Source: a bacterium (GTDB lineage: Bacteria > UBA8248). Taken from it: 64,000 nucleotides of DNA. Both the position numbers and the translations under genes were made by a program. This document shows, piece after piece, positions 40,923-51,233 of the stretch. How positions within the stretch are numbered: the stretch's first letter is position 1; every line of letters starts with the position of its first letter. Location of the stretch: the NCBI GenBank assembly GCA_965261085.1, contig OZ253442.1, positions 896,001-960,000 of the forward strand, in the 5' to 3' direction. Under the pieces are notes generated by a model. That model had not been told where the DNA came from and did not search any database. It saw only the letters and a list, made by a program, of their open reading frames with translations.

Positions 40923-41437
40923 TCCTCGTTCGCGTTTGACCCCGCATTTGCCGTTATCGGGTCTTTTCGGGATGCGGCAGAATACGTCTCGTGAAGGGCA
41001 GGCCTTCGCGTGAATTCGACCGAGGACGAGAAGCAATGCAAATAATCAAATTTAATGAAAATATCGATAAATTCACGGGGTTTTTCAATAAAAAACGGGC
41101 CATGATAATCCTTGTAAGCTATTGTAATATAACATTAAATGATGTGAATATGAGCGTGGTTGACTCAGATATGACCGCGAAAAGTTTTTCAAGCCTCCGC
41201 AATTGCCCGCAGTTGCGATGACATAGGCGCGATTCCGCGCACCTCCCGGCATCTCCCCGCAAGCTCTCTCCGTCCGGCATTACCCTGAGAGACCCGAGGC
41301 CCCATCCTCTGAAAAGCCGGGATGGATTCTCGCGCCGAAATAAGGGATAATGCGGGATTCCAACAACAGGGACATTACTTGAGTTTCCGGTTCCCAAGAA
41401 ACAAGGGACATATCTTTTCCAACCAGGAGGAAAGCAG

Positions 41438-42409
41438 ATGAAAACATGCCGTACCTTGTGCTTCATTCTGATAGCTGTTTTCGCCGTCGCATTGCCGCTG
41501 CAATCCGCTTCGGCCGCCTATCCCGATAAGCCGATTCAGTTCATCATTCCCTTCGGCGCGGGCGGTGGCGCGGACATCGAGGGACGCCTGCTCGCCAAGG
41601 GGATGGCGAATGTGCTCGGCGTTCCCGTGGTGGCCATCAACAAACCGGGCGCGGGCGGCGCCGTCACCTACACGTTCGTCAAGAACTCCAAGCCCGACGG
41701 CTATACGGTTGCCTGGAACTCCACGTCCATCCTCACCTCCACGAACATCGGCAACGTGCCTTGGGATTACACGGCGCTCGACCACATCGGGCGGGTGCAC
41801 TTCCAGCCCCTGGTGGTGGCGGTGAACGCCAAATCGAAGTGGAAGACGGCGAAGGCTTTCGTGGCCGACTGCAAGAAAAAGCCGAACACGCTCAAGATCG
41901 GCCACGCGGGCACCGGCAGCACCACCCATCTCACGGCCGTCGTGTTCACGAGCATGACGGGATGTAAGGCCATACTCGTTCCCCTGGGCGTCAAGCGCCG
42001 CAACGCAGCGCTTCTGAGCGGCGAGGTGGACGCCATGGGTGCGCCTCTTACGGGGGCGATTCGTCTGGCGAAAGCGAACAAGTTCCGCATCATCACCCAT
42101 ATAACGGGCAAGCGGAACCCAGCGATCGCGGACGTGCCCACCATGAAGGAACTGGGCTACGACATCTCCTTCGATCACTTCCGCGGTCTCAGCGTGCCCA
42201 AAGGAACGCCCGCGGCCGTGAAGGCGAAACTCGTCGACGCCATGACGAAGGCCGCCAACTCGGCGGCTTTCAAGAAATTGGCCAAGACGAAAGGCTTCAC
42301 GATCGACCCGAGCGGGCCGAAAGAGTTCGGCATGATGCTCGCCAAGCGCGACAAGATTGTCGCCGACATCATGAAGGCGACGGGTATCTACAAGTCCAAG
42401 AAGAAATAA
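41438..42409 (+). CDS. tctC: Tripartite tricarboxylate transporter substrate-binding protein (Bug/TctC family)
   Basis: YPDKPI..IIPFGAGGGAD, NKPGAGG, PDGYT, DVPT.KELG. Confidence 0.92.
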   Translation: MKTCRTLCFILIAVFAVALPLQSASAAYPDKPIQFIIPFGAGGGADIEGRLLAKGMANVLGVPVVAINKPGAGGAVTYTFVKNSKPDGYTVAWNSTSILTSTNIGNVPWDYTALDHIGRVHFQPLVVAVNAKSKWKTAKAFVADCKKKPNTLKIGHAGTGSTTHLTAVVFTSMTGCKAILVPLGVKRRNAALLSGEVDAMGAPLTGAIRLAKANKFRIITHITGKRNPAIADVPTMKELGYDISFDHFRGLSVPKGTPAAVKAKLVDAMTKAANSAAFKKLAKTKGFTIDPSGPKEFGMMLAKRDKIVADIMKATGIYKSKKK

Positions 42410-42433
42410 GGGCGCCAATCGTGTGAAACATGG

Positions 42434-42473
42434 GGGCCGCCTCCCTCTTAAGCGAGGGGGCGGCCTTCATTTT
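42434..42473 (+). terminator. Stem-loop after tctC
   Basis: GGCCGCCTCCCTC-loop-GAGGGGGCGGCC then TTCATTTT. Confidence 0.55.
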
Positions 42474-42509
42474 CGAGTCGTTTCCTCTTCCTGGGGCAGG
42501 TTATCCGCG

Positions 42510-42992
42510 ATGGGTTTAAGAAATATCGTCGGCGGGGTATTCATTCTCGGTTTTACGCTCTATTACGGCGGCCTCGCCACCCTGCTCCCGAAACGCACCA
42601 CGACCGACGCGCCGGGGCCCCATTTTTTCCCGTATCTGATCACGATCTCGATAATCGCTCTCTCCGGGGTGCTCCTCTTCCAGGGGGTGAGGGGACTGAA
42701 AGGATCCTCAGGCCTCGCCGATTTGATGCCTGAGAAGTCCTCCTCGAATCAAGATTACAGTCTCACTCGCGCAGTGGCCGGGTTGCTGCTCACGGGCCTT
42801 TATTTTTTTGCGCTTTCCATGTTCGGGTTTTTCTGGGCCACTCCCGTTTTCTTCGCCGCTCTCATGTGGGTGACGGGCGAGCGCCGCCCGCATATTCTTC
42901 TCGGTTTGGCGATTATCGTTCCCATGTTCTTGTTCTTTTTGTTCCGCGACCTTTTTCAGCTTCCCCTCCCGAGGGGAAGCTTTTTTGGATGA
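42510..42992 (+). CDS. tctB: TTT small permease
   Basis: PGPHFFP, FGF..AT, LQLPLPRG-like end; lies between tctC and tctA. Confidence 0.85.
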   Translation: MGLRNIVGGVFILGFTLYYGGLATLLPKRTTTDAPGPHFFPYLITISIIALSGVLLFQGVRGLKGSSGLADLMPEKSSSNQDYSLTRAVAGLLLTGLYFFALSMFGFFWATPVFFAALMWVTGERRPHILLGLAIIVPMFLFFLFRDLFQLPLPRGSFFG

Positions 42993-42998
42993 TGCAAG

Positions 42999-44507
42999 AT
43001 GAACGGTGACATGCTTCAGGGATTCTACCTCGCTCTCGCGCCGACGAGCATCCTGGCCACCGCCCTGGGCGCCTTACACGGCCTCATATGCGGGATGATG
43101 CCGGGCCTGACGACGAGTGCGGGCATCATCATCCTGTTTCCGGTCACCTTCATCCTGGAGCCGACCACCGCCGTGGCGCTTCTGCTCGGCGTATTCGCGG
43201 GCGGAATGACGGGGGGAAGCTTCGCCGCCATCCTCATCAATATCCCGGGTTCGCCGTCGGCTTCGGCCACCACGATGGATGGGTTCCCCCTGACCCAGAA
43301 GGGAGAGGCCGGGCGCGCTCTCGGGATTTCCATCGTATCGAGCTTCACCGGCGGTCTTTTCAGCTTTTTCTGCCTGCTGTTGATCGCTCCCCAACTCACG
43401 AAAGTGGCCCTTCAGTTCCGTGCGGCCGATCTGTTCGGGCTGGTCTTTTTCGGTATGTCCGTCATATCCGCCTTCGCGGCGAAATCGCTCGTGAAGGGCC
43501 TGTTGTCCACTTTTCTGGGCCTCATGATCGTTACGGTGGGGATGGATCCGCTCGTGGGGACGGCTCGTTTCACCTTCGGCGACGTGAACATGCTCTCGGG
43601 CATCCACTTCATCCCCGCTCTCGTGGGCCTCTTCGCCATTCCGGAGATAATGGCGAACCTGGCGGAGGGGAACATTCGCTCGGTCGCCTCGAGATTCGGC
43701 CGCGTGTTTCCCAGTTGGGAAGATATCAAAAAGATTCGTATTCCGGTGGCCATCGGCTCCATCGTGGGTACTTTTATCGGCATCCTCCCGGGAGCGGGCG
43801 GCCCGATAGCCGTTTTCGTGAGTTACGACTACGCCCAGAAAGTCAGCAAGGAGCCCGAAAAATTCGGTAAGGGTTGTATAGAAGGGGTGGCCGCTCCCGA
43901 ATCGGCGAACAGTTCTATTGCCGGCGGGGCGCTCATTCCCATGATGACGCTGGGGATTCCGGGTGATCCGATAACCGCCATCCTCATCGGCGCCTTGCTG
44001 GTCCACGGCATGGCGCCGGGGCCGCTGCTTTTCGTGGAGCAGGGCCCTTTTGCGTTTTCCGTGCTTTTTTCGTATTTCATCGCGATTTGCAGCACGGCGC
44101 TGGTCGCGTTCCTGGGCTTGCGGCTCATCGTGAAATTGCTGTCCATTCCCCGATCGCTCCTTCTTCCGATAATCGTCGCCTTGTGTGTTTTGGGAACGTA
44201 TGCGCTGAGGAACTCTTTTTTCGATATATACGTCATGTTCTTTTTCGGACTCGTGGCGCTCTCTTTCAAATGGCTCGATATTCCGGTCGTCCCCATGTTG
44301 CTTGCGCTCGTGCTGGGCAGGCAGTTGGAAGAGCACTTGCGGGTCGCCCTCGCCGCATCGAAAGGCGATGTCTCGATTTTCTTCACTTCTCCGTGGTGTC
44401 TGGTTTTCCTCTGCCTCTCGTTGGTCTCTTTCGCCTGGCCGTTCCTGCTCGAGTGGAGAATCAGGAACAGAGCGCGCAAGAACGCATCCATCCCTTCCTC
44501 CGCATAG
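42999..44507 (+). CDS. tctA: TTT large permease
   Basis: GMMPGL, NIPGSP, DGFPL, APESANS, TLGIPGD. Confidence 0.93.
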   Translation: MNGDMLQGFYLALAPTSILATALGALHGLICGMMPGLTTSAGIIILFPVTFILEPTTAVALLLGVFAGGMTGGSFAAILINIPGSPSASATTMDGFPLTQKGEAGRALGISIVSSFTGGLFSFFCLLLIAPQLTKVALQFRAADLFGLVFFGMSVISAFAAKSLVKGLLSTFLGLMIVTVGMDPLVGTARFTFGDVNMLSGIHFIPALVGLFAIPEIMANLAEGNIRSVASRFGRVFPSWEDIKKIRIPVAIGSIVGTFIGILPGAGGPIAVFVSYDYAQKVSKEPEKFGKGCIEGVAAPESANSSIAGGALIPMMTLGIPGDPITAILIGALLVHGMAPGPLLFVEQGPFAFSVLFSYFIAICSTALVAFLGLRLIVKLLSIPRSLLLPIIVALCVLGTYALRNSFFDIYVMFFFGLVALSFKWLDIPVVPMLLALVLGRQLEEHLRVALAASKGDVSIFFTSPWCLVFLCLSLVSFAWPFLLEWRIRNRARKNASIPSSA

Positions 44508-44747
44508 AAAGCGCATCGGTTGGTTTCTTTGCGCTTGAACCGGAGAAAGATTCTCGCGGCGTTTCAGTCGCAGTCGCTTTGATGAGAACTAAAACGAAAA
44601 ACGCGGCTCTTGACCCTGAATTGAGGCTCATCTAACCTTCTCTTCACGGTGAAAACAAATTTTCTCTAACGTCCAGTTTTCGGTCTCGAACGGGTCTGAT
44701 TCTGGCAATTTGGATTCGTAAGTTTCCATTTTCAAGGGGGGCTTCTC

Positions 44748-45968
44748 ATGTCTGGTTTTGGAAAAAAAGCGCTCATAGCCGCAGTGATGTCACTTGCGAT
44801 TGTGTCATCCGGCGCGTCCGCCTCGTTTGCGGCGAAAACCATCAAAATCGGCGCTCTCTCTCCGCTGACGGGCCTTTATTCCATCGTGGGGAAAAGAACG
44901 AGCCAGGGCATCAACCTGGCCGTGAAGGAAATCAATGACGCGGGCGGCGTTCTGGGCCATAAGTTCGAGGCGCTGATCCGCGACTCGGAAACCAACCCGG
45001 CGAGTTCGGTGCGCACCGCGAGACGGTTGATTCTGCGCGATAAGGTTTTCGCCCTTCTCGGTCCGCTGCACGGGGGAGCGGCCATCGCCGTTTTGCAGGA
45101 ATCGAAAAAGCTCAAGACGATGAATTTCCCCTGGGCGGCGACCGAAGAGATCAATACGAAATTCTGCAGCCGCTACACCTGGCGTGTGGGAAGCAGCGCG
45201 CAACAGACCTCTCGCGCAGGCGCCGTCATCGCCCATCGGCTGGGCTATAAGACCTGGGCGACGATATCTTCTGATTTTTCATACGGTCGCTCTGTTGTCC
45301 GGCAGTTCTGGAACTATCTCAAGGAACGCGACCCGGGTGCGAAACGCCCCTATGCGGCATGGCCGAAGCTGGGTGAGAATGATTACTCCGCCTACATCAA
45401 CAAGATGCAGAAGGCGAAGCCGGATGCGATTTTCGTCGGCCTGTTCGGGGCTGACCTCATCAAGTTCATGAAGCAGGCCCGCTCCTTCGGGATGTATGAG
45501 AAGGTGAAGATATTCACCGATTTCGGCGGCAACCACGTCGTGCTCAAGGCGCTTGGCGATCAGGCCCCGTTTGGTCATTGGGCGAGTTCGCGCTATCTGC
45601 ACAACTATCCGGTTTCCGCGGGCAACAAACGCTTCGTGGACAACTTCCGCAAAGCGTACAATGTGTATCCGGACATGACGGCCGGCGAGGCCTATTCGAC
45701 CGTTCACGTGATTGCGGAATCCATCCGCCGCGCCGGCGTGGTGGACAAGGAGAAGGCGATTGACGTCATGGGAGGCGTCGCCTTCAACTCACCCGAGGGA
45801 TGGATCATCATGCGCCCATCCGATCACCAAGGGTGGCAGTCCAGCTTCTGGGGCGTGATTTCAAAAAGCAAGAAATATCCTTTCCCGATTCTCTCGAACA
45901 TTCAGGTGATATCTCCCGTCGAGGGTTCTCACCCGGACGAGAACACGGGCCAGGGTTGCCGGAAATAA
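44748..45968 (+). CDS. Branched-chain-amino-acid-type ABC substrate-binding protein
   Basis: IKIGALSPLTG, EINDAGGVLG, DFSYG, signal peptide. Confidence 0.92.
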   Translation: MSGFGKKALIAAVMSLAIVSSGASASFAAKTIKIGALSPLTGLYSIVGKRTSQGINLAVKEINDAGGVLGHKFEALIRDSETNPASSVRTARRLILRDKVFALLGPLHGGAAIAVLQESKKLKTMNFPWAATEEINTKFCSRYTWRVGSSAQQTSRAGAVIAHRLGYKTWATISSDFSYGRSVVRQFWNYLKERDPGAKRPYAAWPKLGENDYSAYINKMQKAKPDAIFVGLFGADLIKFMKQARSFGMYEKVKIFTDFGGNHVVLKALGDQAPFGHWASSRYLHNYPVSAGNKRFVDNFRKAYNVYPDMTAGEAYSTVHVIAESIRRAGVVDKEKAIDVMGGVAFNSPEGWIIMRPSDHQGWQSSFWGVISKSKKYPFPILSNIQVISPVEGSHPDENTGQGCRK

Positions 45969-46043
45969 TCATCGCGCGTGAAGCCGAGGACGCCCCGGGA
46001 AGTTTTGGGGCGTCGCTTCACCTTTTTCTGGAGGCCCGGGCGC

Positions 46044-46925
46044 ATGGAATTGGACGTCAGTTTTTGGTTGACCCAGTTTCTGAACGGGTTGGCCAACGCG
46101 ATGATTCTCTTCCTGATCGCCTCGGGCCTCACGATTCTCCTGGGCGTGCTGGGCGTCCTGAATCTGGCCCACGGTTCGTTTTACATGCTGGGCGCTTTTC
46201 TGATTTTCTCGAGTTCGCTCATCAAGAATCCAAGCTGGTTCTGGGTGGGTCTGCTCCTGGCGCCCCTCGTGGTGGCGGGGTTTGGAACCATCATCGAAGC
46301 ATTTTGTCTGCGCCCTCTCTATCATCGCGAAAGACTCTACACCCTGCTTTTAACCTATGGATTCACCCTCATTCTCGATGACCTGGTTTTGCTGATTTGG
46401 GGCCGAGATTACAAGTCCGTACCCATCCCCGCGCTGCTCGACGGCCGTATCTCCATAGGGGATTTCAGTTATCCCGTGTATTTTCTCTTCATCATCGCAG
46501 TCGGTCCACTGTTGGGCGTTTTTCTGTGGTTCATCCTTCACCGAACGAATTTTGGAAAACTCATACGCGCCGCCGCCACGGACAGTGAGATGCTCGACGC
46601 CCTGGGGGTCAACGTGAACCGGGTATTCACCGGCGTATTCGCCCTGGGCGCCTGGCTTGCGAGCCTGGGCGGGATTCTGGCCGCGCCCATGAGGAGCGTC
46701 GAGCCCGGTATGGGGGTGGAGATCATCATCGAATCGTTCATCGTCGTCATCATCGGGGGAATGGGGAGTTATCTGGGCGCGTTCGTGGGCGCTGTGCTCA
46801 TCGGGATGCTCAAGGCGTTTGGCATCGAAATTCTCGAGAATTTTTCGATGGTTTTCATCTACGCCCTCGTGCTGCCGATTCTAATCTTAAGACCCCGTGG
46901 TCTGTTCGGCGAGACGACAATCTAG
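46044..46925 (+). CDS. livH: Liv-type ABC permease
   Basis: ASGLTI..G...VLNLAHG, VIIGGMGS, LRPRGLFG. Confidence 0.88.
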   Translation: MELDVSFWLTQFLNGLANAMILFLIASGLTILLGVLGVLNLAHGSFYMLGAFLIFSSSLIKNPSWFWVGLLLAPLVVAGFGTIIEAFCLRPLYHRERLYTLLLTYGFTLILDDLVLLIWGRDYKSVPIPALLDGRISIGDFSYPVYFLFIIAVGPLLGVFLWFILHRTNFGKLIRAAATDSEMLDALGVNVNRVFTGVFALGAWLASLGGILAAPMRSVEPGMGVEIIIESFIVVIIGGMGSYLGAFVGAVLIGMLKAFGIEILENFSMVFIYALVLPILILRPRGLFGETTI

Positions 46926-46947
46926 GAACGGGAGCCTGGAAAGACGC

Positions 46948-47976
46948 ATGGAAAGTTCATCGAGCAAAAAAATTTTCTTGAGCCGACTCACGGAGCGCAT
47001 CCTCAAACGCTTCGGCATCGCGGCTTTGCTCGGATTGGCCGTTCTTGCCCCAGTTTTGGTTCAGAACGATTATTATATTCAGTTTTGCACGGAAATTCTC
47101 ATCGCGAGCCTGCTCGCCATCAGCCTGAATTTTCTCATCGGCTTCACCGGCCTCGTCTCCCTGGGACATGCGGTGTACCTGGGCGTCGGCGCCTATGCCT
47201 TCGCCCTTTTGACGAAGAACGTTTATCCCTCCATGTGGGCCGGATTGATAACGGCGGGCGCCTCCTGCGCACTTCTCGCATGGTTCATGGGTATTTTCTG
47301 CGTGCGTCTGGCGGGGTTGTATTTCGCCATGTTGACGCTCGCGTTCTCTCAAGTGGTCTACACCGTCGCCTACTATTGGCGCGACGTCACGGGCGGGGAT
47401 GACGGGATGCTCGGCATCCCGAAGCCTGAGATAGGGATTCCGGGCGTGTTCAGCATTTCTCTGGAATCGTTTACGAACTTTTATTATTTCGTGCTGATCA
47501 TCGTGGCGACCTTGATCTTTTTGGCGTGGAAAATCGCCAATTCACCTTTTGGCAAGGTGTTGCAGGCTATTCGGGAAAACCCCGAGCGCGTGGAATTCAT
47601 CGGCCTGCCCGTACACAGGTATAAATTGTTCGCATTCATCATCGCCGGGACCCTCGGCGGTTTCGCTGGTGGTCTGTACTCGACTTTTCAGGGCTATATT
47701 TCACCCGATTTACTCTACTGGACCCAATCGGGCGAGATTGTTTTGATGACGATCCTGGGCGGTATGTATTCTTTCCTGGGGCCCGCCTTCGGCGCGGGGC
47801 TGCTCTTGTTCATCCGGGACACGGTTTTGAATTTCATGGAGTACTGGAGAATCGTCGTCGGCGGTATCCTGGTGCTCCTGGTTTTATTCCTCCCCGGCGG
47901 AATCCTGGGGTTCTTCGAGGGGTGGATGTCCAGATTATCGATTGGTGGAAACGATGGCGACGACGCCCGTTCTTGA
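46948..47976 (+). CDS. livM: Liv-type ABC permease
   Basis: GFTGLVSLGH, YFAMLTLAF, TGGDDG, SPFG...AIREN. Confidence 0.88.
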   Translation: MESSSSKKIFLSRLTERILKRFGIAALLGLAVLAPVLVQNDYYIQFCTEILIASLLAISLNFLIGFTGLVSLGHAVYLGVGAYAFALLTKNVYPSMWAGLITAGASCALLAWFMGIFCVRLAGLYFAMLTLAFSQVVYTVAYYWRDVTGGDDGMLGIPKPEIGIPGVFSISLESFTNFYYFVLIIVATLIFLAWKIANSPFGKVLQAIRENPERVEFIGLPVHRYKLFAFIIAGTLGGFAGGLYSTFQGYISPDLLYWTQSGEIVLMTILGGMYSFLGPAFGAGLLLFIRDTVLNFMEYWRIVVGGILVLLVLFLPGGILGFFEGWMSRLSIGGNDGDDARS

Positions 47977-48706
47977 GACCCGGAGTCTGAGCAAACAGTT
48001 CGGTTCGCTTCTGGCGGTCAACGAGGTGGACTTTGAAGTCCCGCAGGGAGAGTTGTGCGCCGTCATCGGGCCCAACGGGGCGGGGAAAACTACCTTTTTC
48101 AATCTGATTTCAGGGAGGTTCGAACCGACTTCGGGCGCGATTTTCTTCGAAGGGGAGGATATTACCGGCTTTCCTCCGCACGCGGTGGTGAAAAAAGGGG
48201 TGGGCCGCTCTTTTCAGATCACGAACATATTCCCCCGGCTTTCGGTTCTGGACAACGTGCGCATCGCCGTTTTGGCGAGACGGGGCAAGACGCTGGATAT
48301 GTTCTCGCCCATCGAGAAGTACACCGAAGAACAAGAAGAGGCGCTCGTAATACTCGGCGAAGTGGAACTCGAGCACAAGGCGCATCGCCCGACCACGGAA
48401 CTGGGTCACGGGGAGAGAAGAAACCTGGAACTCGGTATCACGCTGGCGCTGGAGCCCCGGTTGATCCTGCTGGACGAGCCGACGGCCGGCATGTCGATCG
48501 AGGAGACATCGAGCACCATAGATCTCGTAAAAAAGATATCCAGTGATAAAACGGTCGTCTTCACCGAGCATGACATGAGCGTGGTTTTCTCAATCGCCGA
48601 TCGCATATCCGTCCTGCATCAGGGGAGCATCATCGCCGAGGGAACGCCCGATGAGATTCGCAACAACGACCTCGTTCGCCTCGCCTACCTGGGGGAAGAG
48701 GTGTGA
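47954..48706 (+). CDS. livG: Liv-type ABC ATP-binding protein
   Basis: GPNGAGKTT, RSFQI, LDEPTAG, EHDM, AYLG. Confidence 0.9.
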   Translation: MATTPVLETRSLSKQFGSLLAVNEVDFEVPQGELCAVIGPNGAGKTTFFNLISGRFEPTSGAIFFEGEDITGFPPHAVVKKGVGRSFQITNIFPRLSVLDNVRIAVLARRGKTLDMFSPIEKYTEEQEEALVILGEVELEHKAHRPTTELGHGERRNLELGITLALEPRLILLDEPTAGMSIEETSSTIDLVKKISSDKTVVFTEHDMSVVFSIADRISVLHQGSIIAEGTPDEIRNNDLVRLAYLGEEV

Positions 48707-49404
48707 TTCTCACCCTCGAGAAAATAAATACGTTCTACGGGCACAGCCATATTCTGTTCGACGTGGATATGAGCATCGCCGAAGGGGAGGTGGTGAGCCT
48801 TCTCGGAAGGAACGGCGCGGGAAAGACGACCACGCTCCGCTCCATCATGGGGTTGACGCCCCCGCGCGAGGGCAGCGTGCGCTGGCTGGGCGAAGAAGTG
48901 CAACGCTTAAAGCCGCATGCGATCGCCAGAAAAGGCGTGGGCTTCGTGCCCGAGGACAGGAGAATTTTCTCTCGTCTCAGCGTGGAGGAAAATCTCGAAA
49001 TAGGGGCCTTCAAGCTGGATCGCCCCACTGGCTGGACACTTGAGCGCATATATGGTCTTTTCCCTAAGCTTGAGCTATTGAAGGCCCACAAGGGAAACCA
49101 GCTCAGTGGCGGCGAACAGCAGATGCTGGCCATCGCCCGCGCGTTGATGGGGGCTCCGAAACTCGTTTTGCTCGATGAACCCTCAGAGGGTCTGGCGCCG
49201 GTCATCGTGAAAGACATGGGCGAGATGATAGGCACGCTCAAGGATGAGGGAATCACCGTATTGCTGGTGGAGCAAAACGCCCGTTTCGCCTGTCGACTCT
49301 CCGATCGCGTTTACATCATCGACAACGGCAGGGTCCGCTTCGGTGGTACGGTGGCGCAGCTCGAAGAGGACGAAGAGCTCAAATCGCGTTATCTGGCCGT
49401 TTGA
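48703..49404 (+). CDS. livF: Liv-type ABC ATP-binding protein
   Basis: GRNGAGKTT, VPEDRRIF, LSGGEQQML, DEPSEGLAP, VEQN. Confidence 0.9.
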   Translation: MILTLEKINTFYGHSHILFDVDMSIAEGEVVSLLGRNGAGKTTTLRSIMGLTPPREGSVRWLGEEVQRLKPHAIARKGVGFVPEDRRIFSRLSVEENLEIGAFKLDRPTGWTLERIYGLFPKLELLKAHKGNQLSGGEQQMLAIARALMGAPKLVLLDEPSEGLAPVIVKDMGEMIGTLKDEGITVLLVEQNARFACRLSDRVYIIDNGRVRFGGTVAQLEEDEELKSRYLAV

Positions 49405-49443
49405 TTTTTTGTTTTCCCGGCAGGGAAACGAGGAGGGTTTTGG

Positions 49444-50451
49444 ATGAACTCCCGTGTTGAATTCGGTTTGATCATGGCCCTGACCATCCGTGGACTCGCC
49501 GTTGGAAACTTCGAGGACATGAAATTGGTGGCGCAGGAAGCGGAGAGGCTGGGCTTTGATTCGATATGGCTTTGCGATCATTTCCTGACGCTCGACCCGA
49601 GCTCCTATGCGAAAGACGCCGGTTTCGATGCGGCGGGGGATTCGGAAGGCATCGGATCCGGCTCCATCCCCTTGCTCGAAACCTGGACGGCGCTCAGCGC
49701 CCTCTCGCAAGTGACGAAAAAACTTCGCCTCGGAACCAGCGTTTTGAGCAATTCCTACCGCATCCCCTCGGTGCTCGCGAAGATGGGCGCGACGCTGGAT
49801 CACATCAGCGGCGGGCGGCTCGATCTGGGTCTCGGCGCGGGCTGGATGCAGGAGGAGTACGAGGCCTACGGCATTCCTTTCCCGAGGGCTTCGGTTCGGA
49901 TCGCCCAGATGGAAGAGGCCGTTCAACTGATCCGCAAGATATGGACGGAGCCTCACCCCACGTTCGAGGGCGAGCATTACACGATAAAGGGCGCTGTGTG
50001 CGACCCCCCGCCGGTTCAGAAACCATCGCCTCCGATATGGATTGGCGGGGAGGGCAAGAAAGTTCTTCGCGCGGCGGCCAGATACGCCGATGGCTTCAAC
50101 GTGCGCTGGTGGCCTCCCGAGCGCTATATCGAGCGCAAGGAGGAGATTGACGCCAACTGCGAGGAGGCGGGGCGCGACCCCGAAGCGCTCCAGCGCTCCT
50201 TGATGTGCCTTCTTCTCCCGAGCCATGATCGCGCCCGCATAGAGGCCGAAAAAAAGCGATTTGCCGCCATTCCGGAGACTGGTATAATTTCGGGAACACC
50301 TCAAGAATGCGTAGAACGGATGATGGAATACGTCGACGCGGGCGTCAGGCATTTTTTATATACGATTCCCGATGTCGCCGAAATGGATATGCTTCGTCTC
50401 GCGGGAGAGGAGATTCTTCCCGAAGTCAGGAACCTGGCGAACGGGGAATGA
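49444..50451 (+). CDS. LLM-class oxidoreductase (flavin- or F420-dependent)
   Basis: GFDSIWLCDHF, R.PSVLAKM.ATLD.ISGGRL.LGLGAGW, PPIWIGG.G. Confidence 0.92.
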   Translation: MNSRVEFGLIMALTIRGLAVGNFEDMKLVAQEAERLGFDSIWLCDHFLTLDPSSYAKDAGFDAAGDSEGIGSGSIPLLETWTALSALSQVTKKLRLGTSVLSNSYRIPSVLAKMGATLDHISGGRLDLGLGAGWMQEEYEAYGIPFPRASVRIAQMEEAVQLIRKIWTEPHPTFEGEHYTIKGAVCDPPPVQKPSPPIWIGGEGKKVLRAAARYADGFNVRWWPPERYIERKEEIDANCEEAGRDPEALQRSLMCLLLPSHDRARIEAEKKRFAAIPETGIISGTPQECVERMMEYVDAGVRHFLYTIPDVAEMDMLRLAGEEILPEVRNLANGE

Positions 50452-50482
50452 AGCCGTTTATACCTAGCAGGGAGATTTTCCA

Positions 50483-51172
50483 ATGAATGAAAACCAGGAA
50501 CTCGCCGATTATCTGAAACCCACCGAATTCATCGATTCGGATAATCCCGACATCGTCTCGAAAGCGGAAGAACTCACCGACGGCTGCGCGGACGATAAGG
50601 AAAAACTCGGCAACATCTATTATTTCGTCCGTGATTTTCCCTACGACATTCTCGACTCGTTCCGCTACCTCGCCGAGGGAAAGCGCCAGGCGAGCGACGT
50701 GCTGAACAACGGCAAGGCGTTCTGCATGGGCAAGGCCAGCATGTTCGCCGCCCTTTGCCGGGCCTCGGGCATCCCCTCGCGCATCGGCTTCCAGCAGCTT
50801 CATTGCCCGGACAAGCCTTTCATGAATGAGGAGGTCGCCAAGATCTGGGGCGACCGCAAGCTGCCGTGGCACTCGCTGGGAGAAGCGTATCTGGGCGGCA
50901 AGTGGCTTAAGCTCGACGCCACGATCGACAAGGAGTTCGCCGCACGAAAAGGGTGTGTATATTCCCAGGAATTCGATGGAGTACACGATATACCTTCCGT
51001 TGAAGGCCCCCTCATCAAGGATCTCCCGAGCCATAAGGACTACCCGAAAGACGTGGCCGACTGGTATGAGCAGGTCGCCAAGGACGTCGTCGCTTCCGTC
51101 GAGGAAGACGTGGTTCACGAAGACGTTCTCAGCGATCAGGAATGGTCCGGCCCCGAGACGGAGAAATTATAG
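50483..51172 (+). CDS. Transglutaminase-like family protein
   Basis: YL.PT.FIDSD.P, YYFVRD, FCMGKA (Cys), WHSLGE.YLGGKW.KLDAT (His, Asp). Confidence 0.88.
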   Translation: MNENQELADYLKPTEFIDSDNPDIVSKAEELTDGCADDKEKLGNIYYFVRDFPYDILDSFRYLAEGKRQASDVLNNGKAFCMGKASMFAALCRASGIPSRIGFQQLHCPDKPFMNEEVAKIWGDRKLPWHSLGEAYLGGKWLKLDATIDKEFAARKGCVYSQEFDGVHDIPSVEGPLIKDLPSHKDYPKDVADWYEQVAKDVVASVEEDVVHEDVLSDQEWSGPETEKL

Positions 51173-51233
51173 AGCCGGGCCGCCTCAGTAGGGGAGTCCG
51201 GTCGAAATAACATTCAATTTTAGGAGCTTTTTG

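Noticed and set aside
41287-41345. Glycine riboswitch (GAGAGA...CGCCGAA)
   Set aside because: The downstream CTCTCAGG core and second aptamer are missing; kept only as a weak generic structure candidate
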